From NCBI GenBank assembly GCA_024626585.2, contig JANKJI020000002.1, positions 156,737,162 to 156,753,853 on the forward strand: a DNA stretch of 16,692 bases. Reading direction: 5' to 3'. Within the stretch, counting starts at the first letter, position 1. Each line of letters begins with the position of its first letter. Origin of the DNA: Ginkgo biloba. Its lineage: Eukaryota; Plantae; Ginkgophyta. The notes under the pieces are model-generated. The model ran no database searches. It was not told the DNA's origin and saw only the letters and a program-made list of their open reading frames with translations. Of this stretch, positions 1 through 10,062 are shown one piece after another. The position numbers and the translations under genes were made by a program.

Positions 1-1
1 G

Positions 2-1440
2 GAATGGGGTACTTTGGTTAATGTATACAAGATAAGAAGTTTTTTATGATTGGCCAATTTCCATAGAAGATTTGTTCTAAACCACTCCAAAATTGCAACA
101 CCAATAATAGAATTGCTAAGTCAAGAAGATTTTTGTATAGATGAGTAGCAAGCAAGTTTTCACGTGCTCAAGTAAAAGTTGATTTTAACATCTATTCTTA
201 AACTTCTAGGTCCTTCTAAACCATTCCAGTTATTAAATGATGCAAGTGGAATGGCCTTTGAAGCAGTTTTCATGCAAGATGGAAAATCATAGATTAGGAA
301 ACCAGGAAACTAAATGAAGAAGAGCAAGGGTATCCAATCTATGACCAGGAGTTGCTATTAGTTGTTTTTTCTATTAAAATATGGAAGCACTACTTAAAGA
401 ACAATGAGTTAGAGATGGTCATGAAACACACCCTCATACTAAGCTATCCACCTAAAGGAGAGGTGTTCTAGATAGTATAGGCTATCTATGTTATTCGTGG
501 AATATAGACCCAAGAAGATCTATCATGGTGGCAAGGAAAATGTGGTAGATGCCTTGTCACATATGCCACAAGAAAATAATAACGTAGTATTCCAAGGAAC
601 ATTCAAAGATGAAAGAGGCTCAAAGAAAGGACACTCGGTGTATGGTGTTAGGCAATTCTTTAGAACAAGGAGAGTATGGAAAAGACTTGTGTGTTGCTGA
701 TTATGTCTTGTGGCACAAAGATAGATCAATTATTCCACATGTAGCAGAGTTGAAATCTAAGATCCTATATGAGCTACATGATAATGCCTTTGTAAATCAC
801 GTAGGAAGGGACAAAATTTTTGCATCAGCTAGAAATATATGTTTATTTGAAGAATATGGGCAAAGCGATTGTAAATAATGTGAAGACATGTGAGCAATGT
901 TGAGTAAACAAAGTAGATAAAGAGCATCCATTATGTTTACTCATTTTGTTATCAATTCTAGAAACTAAATTGTAAAGTATCTCAATGGAATGTCACATCT
1001 TTACCTAGAATAGAAAGACAACATGATCAAATGTTCATAATAGTTGATAGATTGACGAAGACATCAAGATTTATTCCTCATCAAATGACTCAGAAGGGCT
1101 TAAAAATAACAAAGATTCTAGTTGTAGATGTGTTCACGATGTATGCCATACCCAAAAGTATTGTGAGTGTTAGCGATTCCAAGCTTACTGGGACATGTGG
1201 CATGTGGAACCAACCCTTCCNNNNNNNNNNGCTTAGGACAAAATTGGTTTCCGCAGTTGAGATCATTCTGAAACAGATGGTCAAATAGAAAGGGTAAATC
1301 AACTTATGGAAGATATGCTAAGATTGAATGTGGTAATGAGGCAAACTACATGGGAAGATTGAATTCCATTTTTGGAGTTTTCTAATAATAATGGTAAGCA
1401 TTGTTTGAATATGACCCACTTAAAACATGGATTTGGATTT
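2..1440 (+). mobile_element. Decayed Ty3/gypsy (chromovirus-like) pol fragment: end of RT, RNase H, integrase (stops and frameshifts)
   Basis: Manual translation across frames. RT thumb: IRSFL*LANFHRRFV..SKIATP (cf. VRSFLGLANYYRRFV..SKIAAP). RNase H: KPFQLLNDASG..AVFMQDG and ETRKLNEEEQGYPIYDQELL..IKIWKHYL, then GKENVVDALS. HHCC zinc domain: ELHD..NH and KTCEQC. Integrase core: IIVDRLTK, PKSIVS.SD, HSETDGQIERVNQLMEDMLR, WED*IPFLEFSNNN. The RT-RH-INT order is the gypsy order. Confidence 0.92.
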
Positions 1441-1588
1441 TCATTATTTGAAAGGGAATACACAAGTGTCATATCAAATATCACAACANNNNNNNNNNNN
1501 NNNNNNNNNNNNNNNNNNNNNNNNNNNNNNNNNNNNNNNNNNNNNNNNNNNNNNNNNNNNNNNNNNNNNNNNNNNNNNNNNNNNNNNN

Positions 1589-2262
1589 TGATTGGAAGTT
1601 TGTAGGAGAATGTTTTCCACTAATTTATGAAGAATAAGTAGTTGATGAGACACTTGTGCATTAGTTGACACAAGATGGCAGCCAATTTGTTAGAAAGAGT
1701 TGAAGACAAAGAAGATTATATCAGATTTCGTGAAACACCCAAAGAATATCACCATAGAAGATTATTAAGATATGCTAACAACCAACTAATGACAAAGCAT
1801 TAGTTGAAGAGTGTAGAGATATGTTTGCATGGAATTATAAGGATTTGAAGGGTCTTCTCAAAGAGGTTGGAGTATATAGGACTGAGCTTGTAGAAGGAGC
1901 AAAACTAGTTTGACAACAACTTTATAGGTTGAATTTAACACTCATAGGGAAAATTAGCATTGGCATTGACAAGATGTTATAAGCTAGATACATCTATCAG
2001 ATAGATAACAATGAATGAGAAAGTGTAATTATAGTTGTGAAGTAAAAGAATGGTAAGATTAGAATTTGTGTAGACTATGGCTTTTGACAATATGACAAAG
2101 TGAGATCAATTTTCTATGCCTTTCGCCAAAGATGTGCTTGAGAATGTAGCTGTCCATGATGGATGTAGTGGAAAATTTAGGTCAACAATGTAACTAAGGA
2201 CTGGTTAAAACATCACATCTGCCACCAGATGGGGGACTTAATTTTATTTGGTGAAGCCATTT
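1589..2262 (+). mobile_element. Decayed non-chromovirus Ty3/gypsy (Tat/Athila-like) reverse transcriptase, N-terminal half
   Basis: From 1794: KALVEECRDMFAWNYKDLKG..ELVEGAKLV*QQLYRLN..IDKML*ARYIYQIDNNE*ESVIIVVK*KNGKIRICVDY, then frameshifted DQFSMPF..VLENVA.HD, DG.SG, ATRWGT, VKPF. These correspond to the FAWSYKDLKG / KKNGKIRICVDY / WGT..VMPFG motifs of Tat-type RT. 1589-1793 is assigned by adjacency only. Confidence 0.88.
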
Positions 2263-2280
2263 AACACAGGCCTTAAATCC

Positions 2281-2489
2281 TTATTTTCCTTAAAGCAAGC
2301 ATAAATGAATCTAATTTTGATTTTTTGAGAAGGTTTCAAACATTGGTTCATGCTTGTAAGACTTTGTTTGTGGGTAGGCAATTGGATGATTTATTTATGA
2401 ATGCCTTACGTCTGCAAGTGCATTTGGAAGTTTTGAAAGATGGACTAACCTCTTATGAGGATGTTATTAACAAGTATCTCACATATTAG
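2281..2489 (+). mobile_element. Retrotransposon gag fragment (capsid major-homology-like region)
   Basis: LFSLKQ/(frameshift)/INESNFDFLRRFQTL...LFMNALR...LTSYEDVINK fits the L..LKQ..ES..DY..RF..L...F..GL...P.T..E gag pattern. Confidence 0.65.
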
Positions 2490-2765
2490 GCATTTGAGAT
2501 TCAAGTTGGTGTAAATACTTCTAAGTCTAGTGTTAGTTCTCAGTCTCAAGTGAAGCAATTGATTAATTATGGGATTGTTGATTCAAAGACCACGTTTGGA
2601 TTTTTAGATAAATTTTATATCCCATTATATTGGCCATTAAAAAGTTAAAGAGGACCATTATAAGTNNNNNNNNNNNNNNNNNNNNNNNNNNNNNNNNNNN
2701 NNNNNNNNNNNNNNNNNNNNNNNNNNNNNNNNNNNNNNNNNNNNNNNNNNNNNNNNNNNNNNNNN

Positions 2766-2960
2766 GCTTGAGGAAGAATCCAAAATTTACTTGGGGACCT
2801 TTGAAGGAAACATCGTGGGCATTGATTTTGAAGTGATGCACAACAACATCGATTACAATTTGTTATTATGGAGGCAATGGTCAAATCCTATGGTAGTTGT
2901 ACCTTTTGTTTGTTTGTCAAAATCATATTTATAAGGGATGAAAGAGTAGTGATTATTAAA
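2766..2960 (+). mobile_element. Tat-like gypsy aspartic protease, C-terminal part
   Basis: IDFEVMHNNIDYNLLLWRQW..MVVVP, then frameshifted VKIIFIRDERVVIIK (cf. FQVMD...YNLLLGRPW..M.AVPST....KF...G.V.TI). Confidence 0.7.
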
Positions 2961-3554
2961 AGATCACAATTTAAAGAAAAGATTTCTAAATGTAATGGAG
3001 TTGAGGAGCNNNNNNNNNNAAATAAGGAACATATTATAACCTTAGTCAAGGCCTTCTCGATATCTCACGACATTCATTGTACCTTCCAGACCAATCCTTT
3101 TGTTGAAAGGCATGTAACTTGTGAGGATATAGAGGAAATTACAGAACAAGGTCAAGATATCTTATTAGTAGAAGTTGAACAAATTCAATCATTGGATTTG
3201 TTTGGGAATGACGAAGCTTTATTGCAATTTTTTATTTACTAAAAAACATAATCCTTGGAATAGTTCTTGTCATCATAAAATTAATCATTCTTATCATATT
3301 AGTAGTGTTGGGGTGTTTGCTAATTGCTCAAACGAGGATGATGAGTAACTAGAAGTTGGAATCTACAACATGCATGAGGTATTCAAAGAAGGAAATCTTA
3401 TGTTAGCAAGATAAACTAGTGACATGATATTGTTTGGATCATGAGAAAAGAGGAAATCATTAAACGGTGTGTAGAATGTACCCTAGAAGAGNNNNNNNNN
3501 NNNNNNNNNNNNNNNNNNNNNNNNNNNNNNNNNNNNNNNNNNNNNNNNNNNNNN

Positions 3555-3711
3555 TATGGATCCTTATATTGTAGTGCATAAAATTGTTATGAAACTTGGG
3601 GCAAAACCTAAGCAACAACATTAGCAATCAGTGAGTCCAAAGTCATCCGAGGTATTTAAAATTGAAATTGAAAAATTGTTGAAAGCTTGTTGTATTTATG
3701 CTATAGATTAT
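3555..3711 (+). mobile_element. Tat-like gypsy RT start, probably the same element as gag 2281 and protease 2766; similarity ends at ~3712-3720
   Basis: MDPYIVVHKIVMKLGAKPKQQH*QSVSPK..VFKIEIEKLLKACCIYAIDY (cf. IDP.IVVH.I...PGAKPVKQ..R..NPK....VK.EIEKLL.AGFIYPIDY). Similarity ends around TGTTGG at 3712, a possible start of an inserted element. Confidence 0.8.
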
Positions 3712-4069
3712 TGTTGGATTGTTCATAAATGTAGAGCCCATACCTCTTTTTGAGCAATCCATCCTCATGGACTAGTCCATTCTCATAGCCTTACTAGATT
3801 ATTTATCTTTGAAAACAAGGTGATTAANNNNNNNNNNNNNNNNNNNNNNNNNNNNNNNNNNNNNTAAGGGAAATAGTTACCTTGACAGCTAGGGTAAGTG
3901 TTGCATTAGACGTTACAAAATGATTTTGTCTAGAGAGAGAATCCTATTTAGCATCTATCCTTATAACTTAGCTTAATACATCTAGCTTGTTACAGAAGTA
4001 ATGGCAAGAGGTTAGGAAAAATTAAAGAATTGTCCTTTTGTTAGTTGTGCTTCCTTTTGCAATTCTTAT

Positions 4070-5107
4070 GAGTCCATTGCCATTTGTCTTCCTTCCTTAC
4101 TAAGGTGCACCTTTCCCAGTTCATTATAAAGGATAAACTGCTTAAAGACCCAACTATGGAGGGGAGAGTTCCCATTTGGTCCTTTTAATAGTAGCTTCTT
4201 TAAGTGAAGTCAACTTGTACACATGTTGTCAAATCAGCCATAGAGATTTTGTTAGGTTCTTGCCTACATAGTTAAAGGGATCCATCCTTTATATTACTGC
4301 TTGCACATCCAAGGATGTGTTTTTCTTCTCTAGTTTTGAATACTTTGTTGTTTTGTGAAAGCTTTTGGATTTTGTTGAGCATTTGATTAGTGAGAGATTG
4401 TGCCTTTGCTATGAATTCATTAGGACTTTTGTAGTGTTCCTGATGGATCATCTTCCCTATTCTTTGCTCCTTATCCATTTCTTGGGGATGGAGATCAAAT
4501 TGCACAATGCATTCAATCTCTTTATAAATGGTCTTTTCTGTTGCCAAGATCATGTGGTTCACTACTATGCGATCTTGCCTTCTTACATTTGCTTCATATG
4601 ACCTTTCTTGGATTTGGTCTAGTTCCTAAATTTTTTGAATATTTTCCTTACTGAGGAGTGAGGAAAAATACTTTGTTCGAGTAAACCAATGCGGTCTTTT
4701 GATTGGCACTACTTTCTCCTTGGTTTTCTTGAGCCAGTGAACGTAGTTTCACCTTTTCTATTCTTCCCCTATGAGAAGGTGTTTGTGAGGGCCCTTTGCT
4801 TGTTTCCATTCTTTGGGTAGTATCTTCATCTTTCTTTTCCCCGTATTTGAGGGGGCCGACTATGGGCGTTTGTTGGATTGTCCATCTTTTTATGGGATTT
4901 TGTTCAAGTCCCATGCCAATGGCTCCTAGTTTACGACTTCTCTTTCAGTTAATGGCACCGTGAGCTTCAGAGCTCATCTCTAACCACTAGTGTAATGGGG
5001 AGTTGGACAAGCTTATTCCTCCTTTGACATCAATGGTGGATCCTCTCATGTCTAACTAATGAATCTTCTTCTTTCACATTTCCATAGCTTGTCTCAATGG
5101 ATACCAT
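4070..5107 (-). pseudogene. Decayed ORF of unknown function, probably an accessory ORF of an LTR retrotransposon
   Basis: Collinear minus-strand ORF pieces (4648-4914, 4272-4562) with purine-rich coding-like bias and K/E/Q-rich composition, downstream of a TATA box. No recognisable gag/pol motif. Confidence 0.35.
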
Positions 5108-5207
5108 GAAGATTGAACCTTGGTTAAGCAACCCTGCTTTGAAAGACTTGTTTGGATTGTTGAGCACCTATTGGATGTTGTTATGAGAAGGAGAAGGGAG
5201 TTCCATG

Positions 5208-5216
5208 TATTTATAG
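5208..5216 (-). promoter_or_regulatory. TATA box (CTATAAATA) facing the decayed minus-strand ORF
   Basis: Plus-strand tatttatag reads CTATAAATA on the minus strand. It is followed by a pyrimidine patch (AACTCCCTTCTCCTTCTCA) and a CA-rich leader, typical plant core-promoter architecture. Confidence 0.5.
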
Positions 5217-5586
5217 TCTCTTTGGCTTCCTTCTTCATTCATCTTCTTATAAGCCTATTAAATCAATCAAAGTTAACCTTGAGAAAGCTAAAATCAAAAT
5301 CAATTTGAAGAAGCATGTTATTTGTAAAATGACATAGCTCATCCAACACCTATTAACACTTTGGAGTCCATCATCATAATACATACATAGACACACAAAT
5401 AAGATTGACAATCTAGGTGATTGTGACATAAGGGCACAACATCAATTATTTGTTATAGCCCAGACTCCTGCGAATTTGGCCTCAAAGATTGGGTCAAGTA
5501 TAGCCTTGAGGAGCATTTTAAATTTAGCCTTGAGAGATGCTACTAAACCTAAGCTTAATGATGGGCCCTGTTGCACATTTTATATA

Positions 5587-7287
5587 TGTTGGTTGAATCC
5601 CATGTAGAGGTGCTTAGGAAGGAGAAAGTTATGAAGGGTAAGGCCACGAAGGCATTTTAGCCAAGGGTGCCTCCCTTCAAGGAGTGATTAGAGAGATTGT
5701 AGTGCCACAGAGGGTATCTTAAGGTTTGGGGCAATCCTAGGATTGAGCCCAACCCTATGTGGGGTTTCATGTCCTTTCTTTTTGCATAAATAGGGTTTAT
5801 TTGGGCTTACGTATCCCTTAAGAATATTATCTCACTCTCATTATGATGTCCTACTAAGGGCATCCTCATTCTAAGGCTATTTTTTCATGTTCTAATTACT
5901 TTATTGCATTAGAGGAAATCATTATTTTCAATCACTAGTTGTTTTCTACATAGTTGAGTCTAGTTCTTTCAATTTATGATAGGTGTCTAAAGGTATTTTC
6001 ACCAAAAGAGTTCTTAGATCTCTTCTATAGGGAAAGGCAACCTGATTGTTGCTCTTAGACTGAACATTCACTAGAGATTTTGGCCTAGATTACCTCCAAG
6101 AGAAGTCGCCTTCTTCATACCCAATAACTAAGTTCTGCAAACCTAATGCACTTTATTTGACCCTCAGAAGCAATTCACATCCCTTACAATGGCTAATTTG
6201 AGATATTTTAACCTCTAGACAAGTTTGGGATCTTCATCTTCTTAGTTTAGGATGCCATAATTTGTAAGTAGAAAACCTAGTTTTCTACATTATGCTTGCA
6301 TGTTATTTTTAAGGTTGTCATAAATTAATGAAAACAAAATTAGACAGAATTCTAAATTTTTAGTTATGTATGCATATATGAGGGTTGAAAACCCTAGAAT
6401 TACATAAAAAGTTTCCTTGCAATAGGGCGCTCTTGGTCAGAGAAGGTCTATCATATTTATGGTTGAAAATACATTCCTTAGGTACTTGAGGCTTAGTGCA
6501 TTTATTCCTCCTTATTTTAGGTTCATAAACCCTAGCGACTAGTATAGATGGTGGCTTGTCCTAGCACAAAATTCACTGAGGGTATCTATTGGGTATAGTC
6601 AAGGCTATACGATTGCATTTATGCATTTTTGTGCAGCTTAAGACCATCTAAGCCATAGCCCTAATGGGCATTTATTATATATATTTGGGTAAACTGACAA
6701 TGAGGGTATGACTAGCACCCTGACAAACCTTGAAGATGTTTCGATGCTATGACTTACTAGCACTCATAGTGGGCCGCACATCTAGTCTTGCTTGTAGGTT
6801 GTTTTTAGTGCACCCTTTGTCCATGCTCACATTTATGTTGCAACTAGTAATGTTATTATGCATGTATTTTGTGAGTTCGGGATGGGCGCCTCACCTGGTA
6901 CCAAAGAGGGGTTGCAAAGAAATCTACCAGTGGCACCCTTATTTGGTTGGGTTAAGGGGTGGAATCTAGCATAGCAGTAATAGCCACTAGATGTTGATGG
7001 CATGTACTGTGTTGCCATCAAAGCTTTCGCTGGCAACCAAATAGACCCTTTTAGGCCATCCCCGATGGCCAACCATGGATGGTAAACTAGTTGCCCAATC
7101 TACCATTGTCCTTAACAATCTACCTTTTATGTCTACCATGTATTTACACTTGCATGTGCATTAATTGTCAATTCACATGAATGAATATTTATTATGCACT
7201 TGTACTATAATGATTATCTATGTTATAGATCTTAATTGTATTGGCATGCAGGTTTAGAAGGCAGGAATGTTACAAAACCCTAGGCTA
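5587..7287 (+). mobile_element. Long LTR/leader-like non-coding retroelement segment (boundaries uncertain)
   Basis: Begins TGTTGG and has a TATA-like CATAAATAGG at ~5785. Telo-box AAACCCTA motifs at 5791 (reverse), 6389, 6527 and 7275. No coding signal. Followed across a 100-N gap by a gag fragment. No partner LTR or TSD is visible. Confidence 0.35.
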
Positions 7288-7410
7288 NNNNNNNNNNNNN
7301 NNNNNNNNNNNNNNNNNNNNNNNNNNNNNNNNNNNNNNNNNNNNNNNNNNNNNNNNNNNNNNNNNNNNNNNNNNNNNNNNNNNNNNNTCTGGGAACAACA
7401 GAAATGACAA

Positions 7411-7647
7411 ATGATGTTTCCTTTGACGCTTTAAGGGCAAGCCTCTAGTTGGTTTCTGGCACACACAAAAGAATTTAGAAGTTGGGATCATTGATATCAC
7501 TGCTTTGAAATTAGGTTTGAAGGAAGTACCCTACCTGTACTACCAATATACAACATGAGAGAATCCGCCAAAGACCATCTCAAGAAATGCAAAAGCATAT
7601 TGCAGAAACATAGCATTCCAATCTTCAACAAAAGAGACCCTAAATAG
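7411..7647 (+). mobile_element. Decayed retrotransposon gag fragment
   Basis: Single frame MMFPLTL*GQASSWFLAHTKEFRSWDH*YHCFEIRF...MRESAKDHLKK resembles FP.SL.G.A..WF......SW..L...F..RF...ES..DY..RF of retrotransposon gag. Confidence 0.55.
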
Positions 7648-8659
7648 TGCCATTCCTCTCTTGGAGGTGCTGCGCTCTTGGTAAGGTCCTTGTAGCTTCT
7701 TGATACCGGACCTTTGAGTTACATCATAAGACTTTTGTTTTTTTGACTGGTGAAAGTGGTCCCTGGTGGTGACACAAGTAATTGTAGTGTCTACATACAG
7801 GCTTTTTCATTAAGTTCTTTGGATTTTACCTTTTTCAATGTCAGGTTTGCTTGATTTGACTGGACTGACAGTAATATCATTAGTAACATTTTCCACTTGG
7901 ATCCAATGTTTCTGCATCCTCTTTTCAATAGTATTGCTTTTAATAAATTCCTTTCTGTGATCTTTTCTTGTTTTAGCTTTTCCCTGAGAGCTTCGATTTC
8001 TTTTATTAGGATAATTCATGTAATGATGAATAAAGAAAAGTTCTTTGTGCATTGCAAGTCTTTTTTCCACCTTAAAATTGTAGCTTCTTGTATTGTTTAT
8101 TTAGTGATGAGGATGCATTGAGTCTTAATGGAAGTATTGCTTTGTTCTTGGATTGGCTGAAATGTCTACTGGGGCTTGCCAAACATTTCATGGGCCCACC
8201 AAAACAGCTCTTGAGTTTCCATGGGAAACCAAAATGACTGAAATGTGAAACAATATATTGTACTGTTTTGTTTGCTCTGAAAAACATAATGTTTAGTTAA
8301 GGTATGATTCTTATGTGTTTGGAGTGCATTGGATAACATTTGATGACTATGGCTTTGCTATTTGGGGAAAAACTGCTGCTCGTTTTTTTTTCTTTAGGCA
8401 GTTCCTATGTTCTGTTATTCTGGCCCAGACCTAACATCTGGGATACATTAAAGCACTGGGATGATTCATCTCATTCTTTTTCCATATATACTTCTGAATC
8501 ATGTATACTCAAACACCTATTCTGATTGGTTTGCTTATATATAGTGTCACTAAATAAATAAACTTGTAATGTTTGTTCCTTTAGGAAAGGGGTAAGCATT
8601 TTCAACAACTGTGAAAAATTGGGAGTAACTTCTTCTGAAGCAGTGTGATGTTGCCCCTG

Positions 8660-8693
8660 ATCTTTTCTCATAATTTTTTCTGCCAACTGTTAG
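8660..8693 (+). promoter_or_regulatory. 3' splice acceptor (candidate branch site, U-tract, AG at 8692-8693)
   Basis: tcttttctcataattttttctgccaactgttAG directly precedes the HflX-matching sequence. Confidence 0.85.
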
Positions 8694-8808
8694 GCAACTT
8701 CGGAATCTAGAGAAGGCTTTTGGTGGAGAGGTCCGAGTTTGTGATCGAACGGCATTGATTCTGGATATCTTCAACCAACGGGCTGCAACACGCGAGGCTG
8801 CTCTACAG
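8694..8808 (+). CDS. hflX: Internal coding exon (115 nt; phase-2 start, phase-0 end) of plant plastid-type HflX ribosome-associated GTPase (At5g57960-like), N-terminal domain region
   Basis: g|CAA..CAG translates to (G)[38 protein letters not shown]. This is nearly identical to my recollection of plant HflX (..[43 protein letters not shown]..) and matches the bacterial motif DR..LIL.IF..RA.T.E..LQV. It is flanked by a pyrimidine tract plus TTAG acceptor and a CAG|GTAAAG donor, with no stops. Confidence 0.95.
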
Positions 8809-8814
8809 GTAAAG
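8809..8814 (+). promoter_or_regulatory. 5' splice donor GTAAAG
   Basis: CAG|GTAAAG falls where HflX similarity ends; the in-frame read-through (VKLLSTV*) stops shortly after. Confidence 0.88.
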
Positions 8815-9624
8815 CTACTTTCAACTGTGTAGCAAGAACAGAAGGCAAGAAAAGTAAACTGATACTCTGTCAAATAATAGTTCTTATAGTTGTTGTGATG
8901 TTGAGGTGCATCCAAAAGTTGCTTTCCTCAACTTCATTTGTAAGCATTTACCTTATTGTTTACTAGCATTATTTTGGTCAGTTTACTTCATTTATACAAA
9001 CTCGTCAATCTTCTCTCTTTGGGGAGGAAAGTCGGACCTTAGCATGTTGTCTCAGTTCTCAAGCAGTTACGAAAAATGGAATGTACTGAATGGCCAAAAT
9101 GGGCAAGATATCAGCTCAATTCCTGCATCTGGAAGGAAGCAATCAAACACTAATTGACTACAGTTAGTGAAGTGTACCAGGGATGACATGTAGATTGTAA
9201 ATAGCAGTGTGACTGTGGCTATGGCTATGAATTAAACAATCTGCATTTTAGTCTTCTCACAAATTTTAGTCTCTTGTGTTTTCCCTATTTTTTCTTTTGC
9301 TGCTGTATTATGTTTTTATCCTGCAACTATTCAGCATGGAATGTTTATACTACTAAAAGGATAAATGACAGGAGTTGAGTTTTTTTCCTTCAATTGTAAG
9401 GCAGCATTTTGTGTCCAAAGTTTCTTTAAATTCTAACCTTTTGTGGCCCGAAATCCTTTGTATTTTTGAGGGTGTCAAAATTGGATCATGAATAACTTGG
9501 CCTTCAAAGAGGAAGGGGTGAAATATGAACTGATCATCTCAGGGAACTAGAAGCTACATCAANNNNNNNNNNNNNNNNNNNNNNNAATTAATCTGGATTG
9601 TGAATGAATACGAATACATAGGGA

Positions 9625-10062
9625 TGTTGTCAGATTAATTTACGCACATTGATACACATGAGTGAAACCAATGCAAACTTAGCGAATACAAGAAGACACA
9701 AAATCTGTGACTTTGTTACATAATACTTAGTTACATCAGATCTCTGGGTGGCAGCCCATGGGTGAGGCCTAGGGCTGCCCCCTTATAGGCTCTCTCAAAC
9801 TCGACTTAGGACAAATCGGTTGATGTCTTCCTTACTATATTACACACACATATACCAGTGGTCATACCTGATAACTACCTGCTTATAACTACTTGGTGGC
9901 TATACAACTTAACACACATTAATCATTTCACATTAATGTCATTAAACATTACGTTAATTCCCTACAATGCATTACATATAGATTCACTTGTGGTAACATT
10001 TGTTATTACGTTATATGCTTGAAAGCTGCAAGCCAGCACAAACTNNNNNNNNNNAGTTAACA
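9625..10062 (-). mobile_element. Putative LTR-like segment (solo LTR or fragment)
   Basis: Minus strand reads TGTTAAC...CAACA at the ends, with a TATA-like CCTATAAGG (9781-9789) next to an 8-bp inverted repeat. No TSD found and it contains a 10-N gap. Confidence 0.3.

Noticed and set aside
3712-4885. TGTTGGATTGTTCAT (3712) and TGTTGGATTGTCCAT (4871) as paired LTR starts
   Set aside because: Similarity is 14/15 nt and does not extend further; likely chance.
6896-6906. TGGTACCAAAG as a tRNA-Met PBS
   Set aside because: Partial match only, no convincing LTR terminus next to it, and no gag immediately downstream.
8550-8915. 121-aa minus-strand ORF as a gene
   Set aside because: Antisense shadow of the HflX exon; no recognisable protein features.
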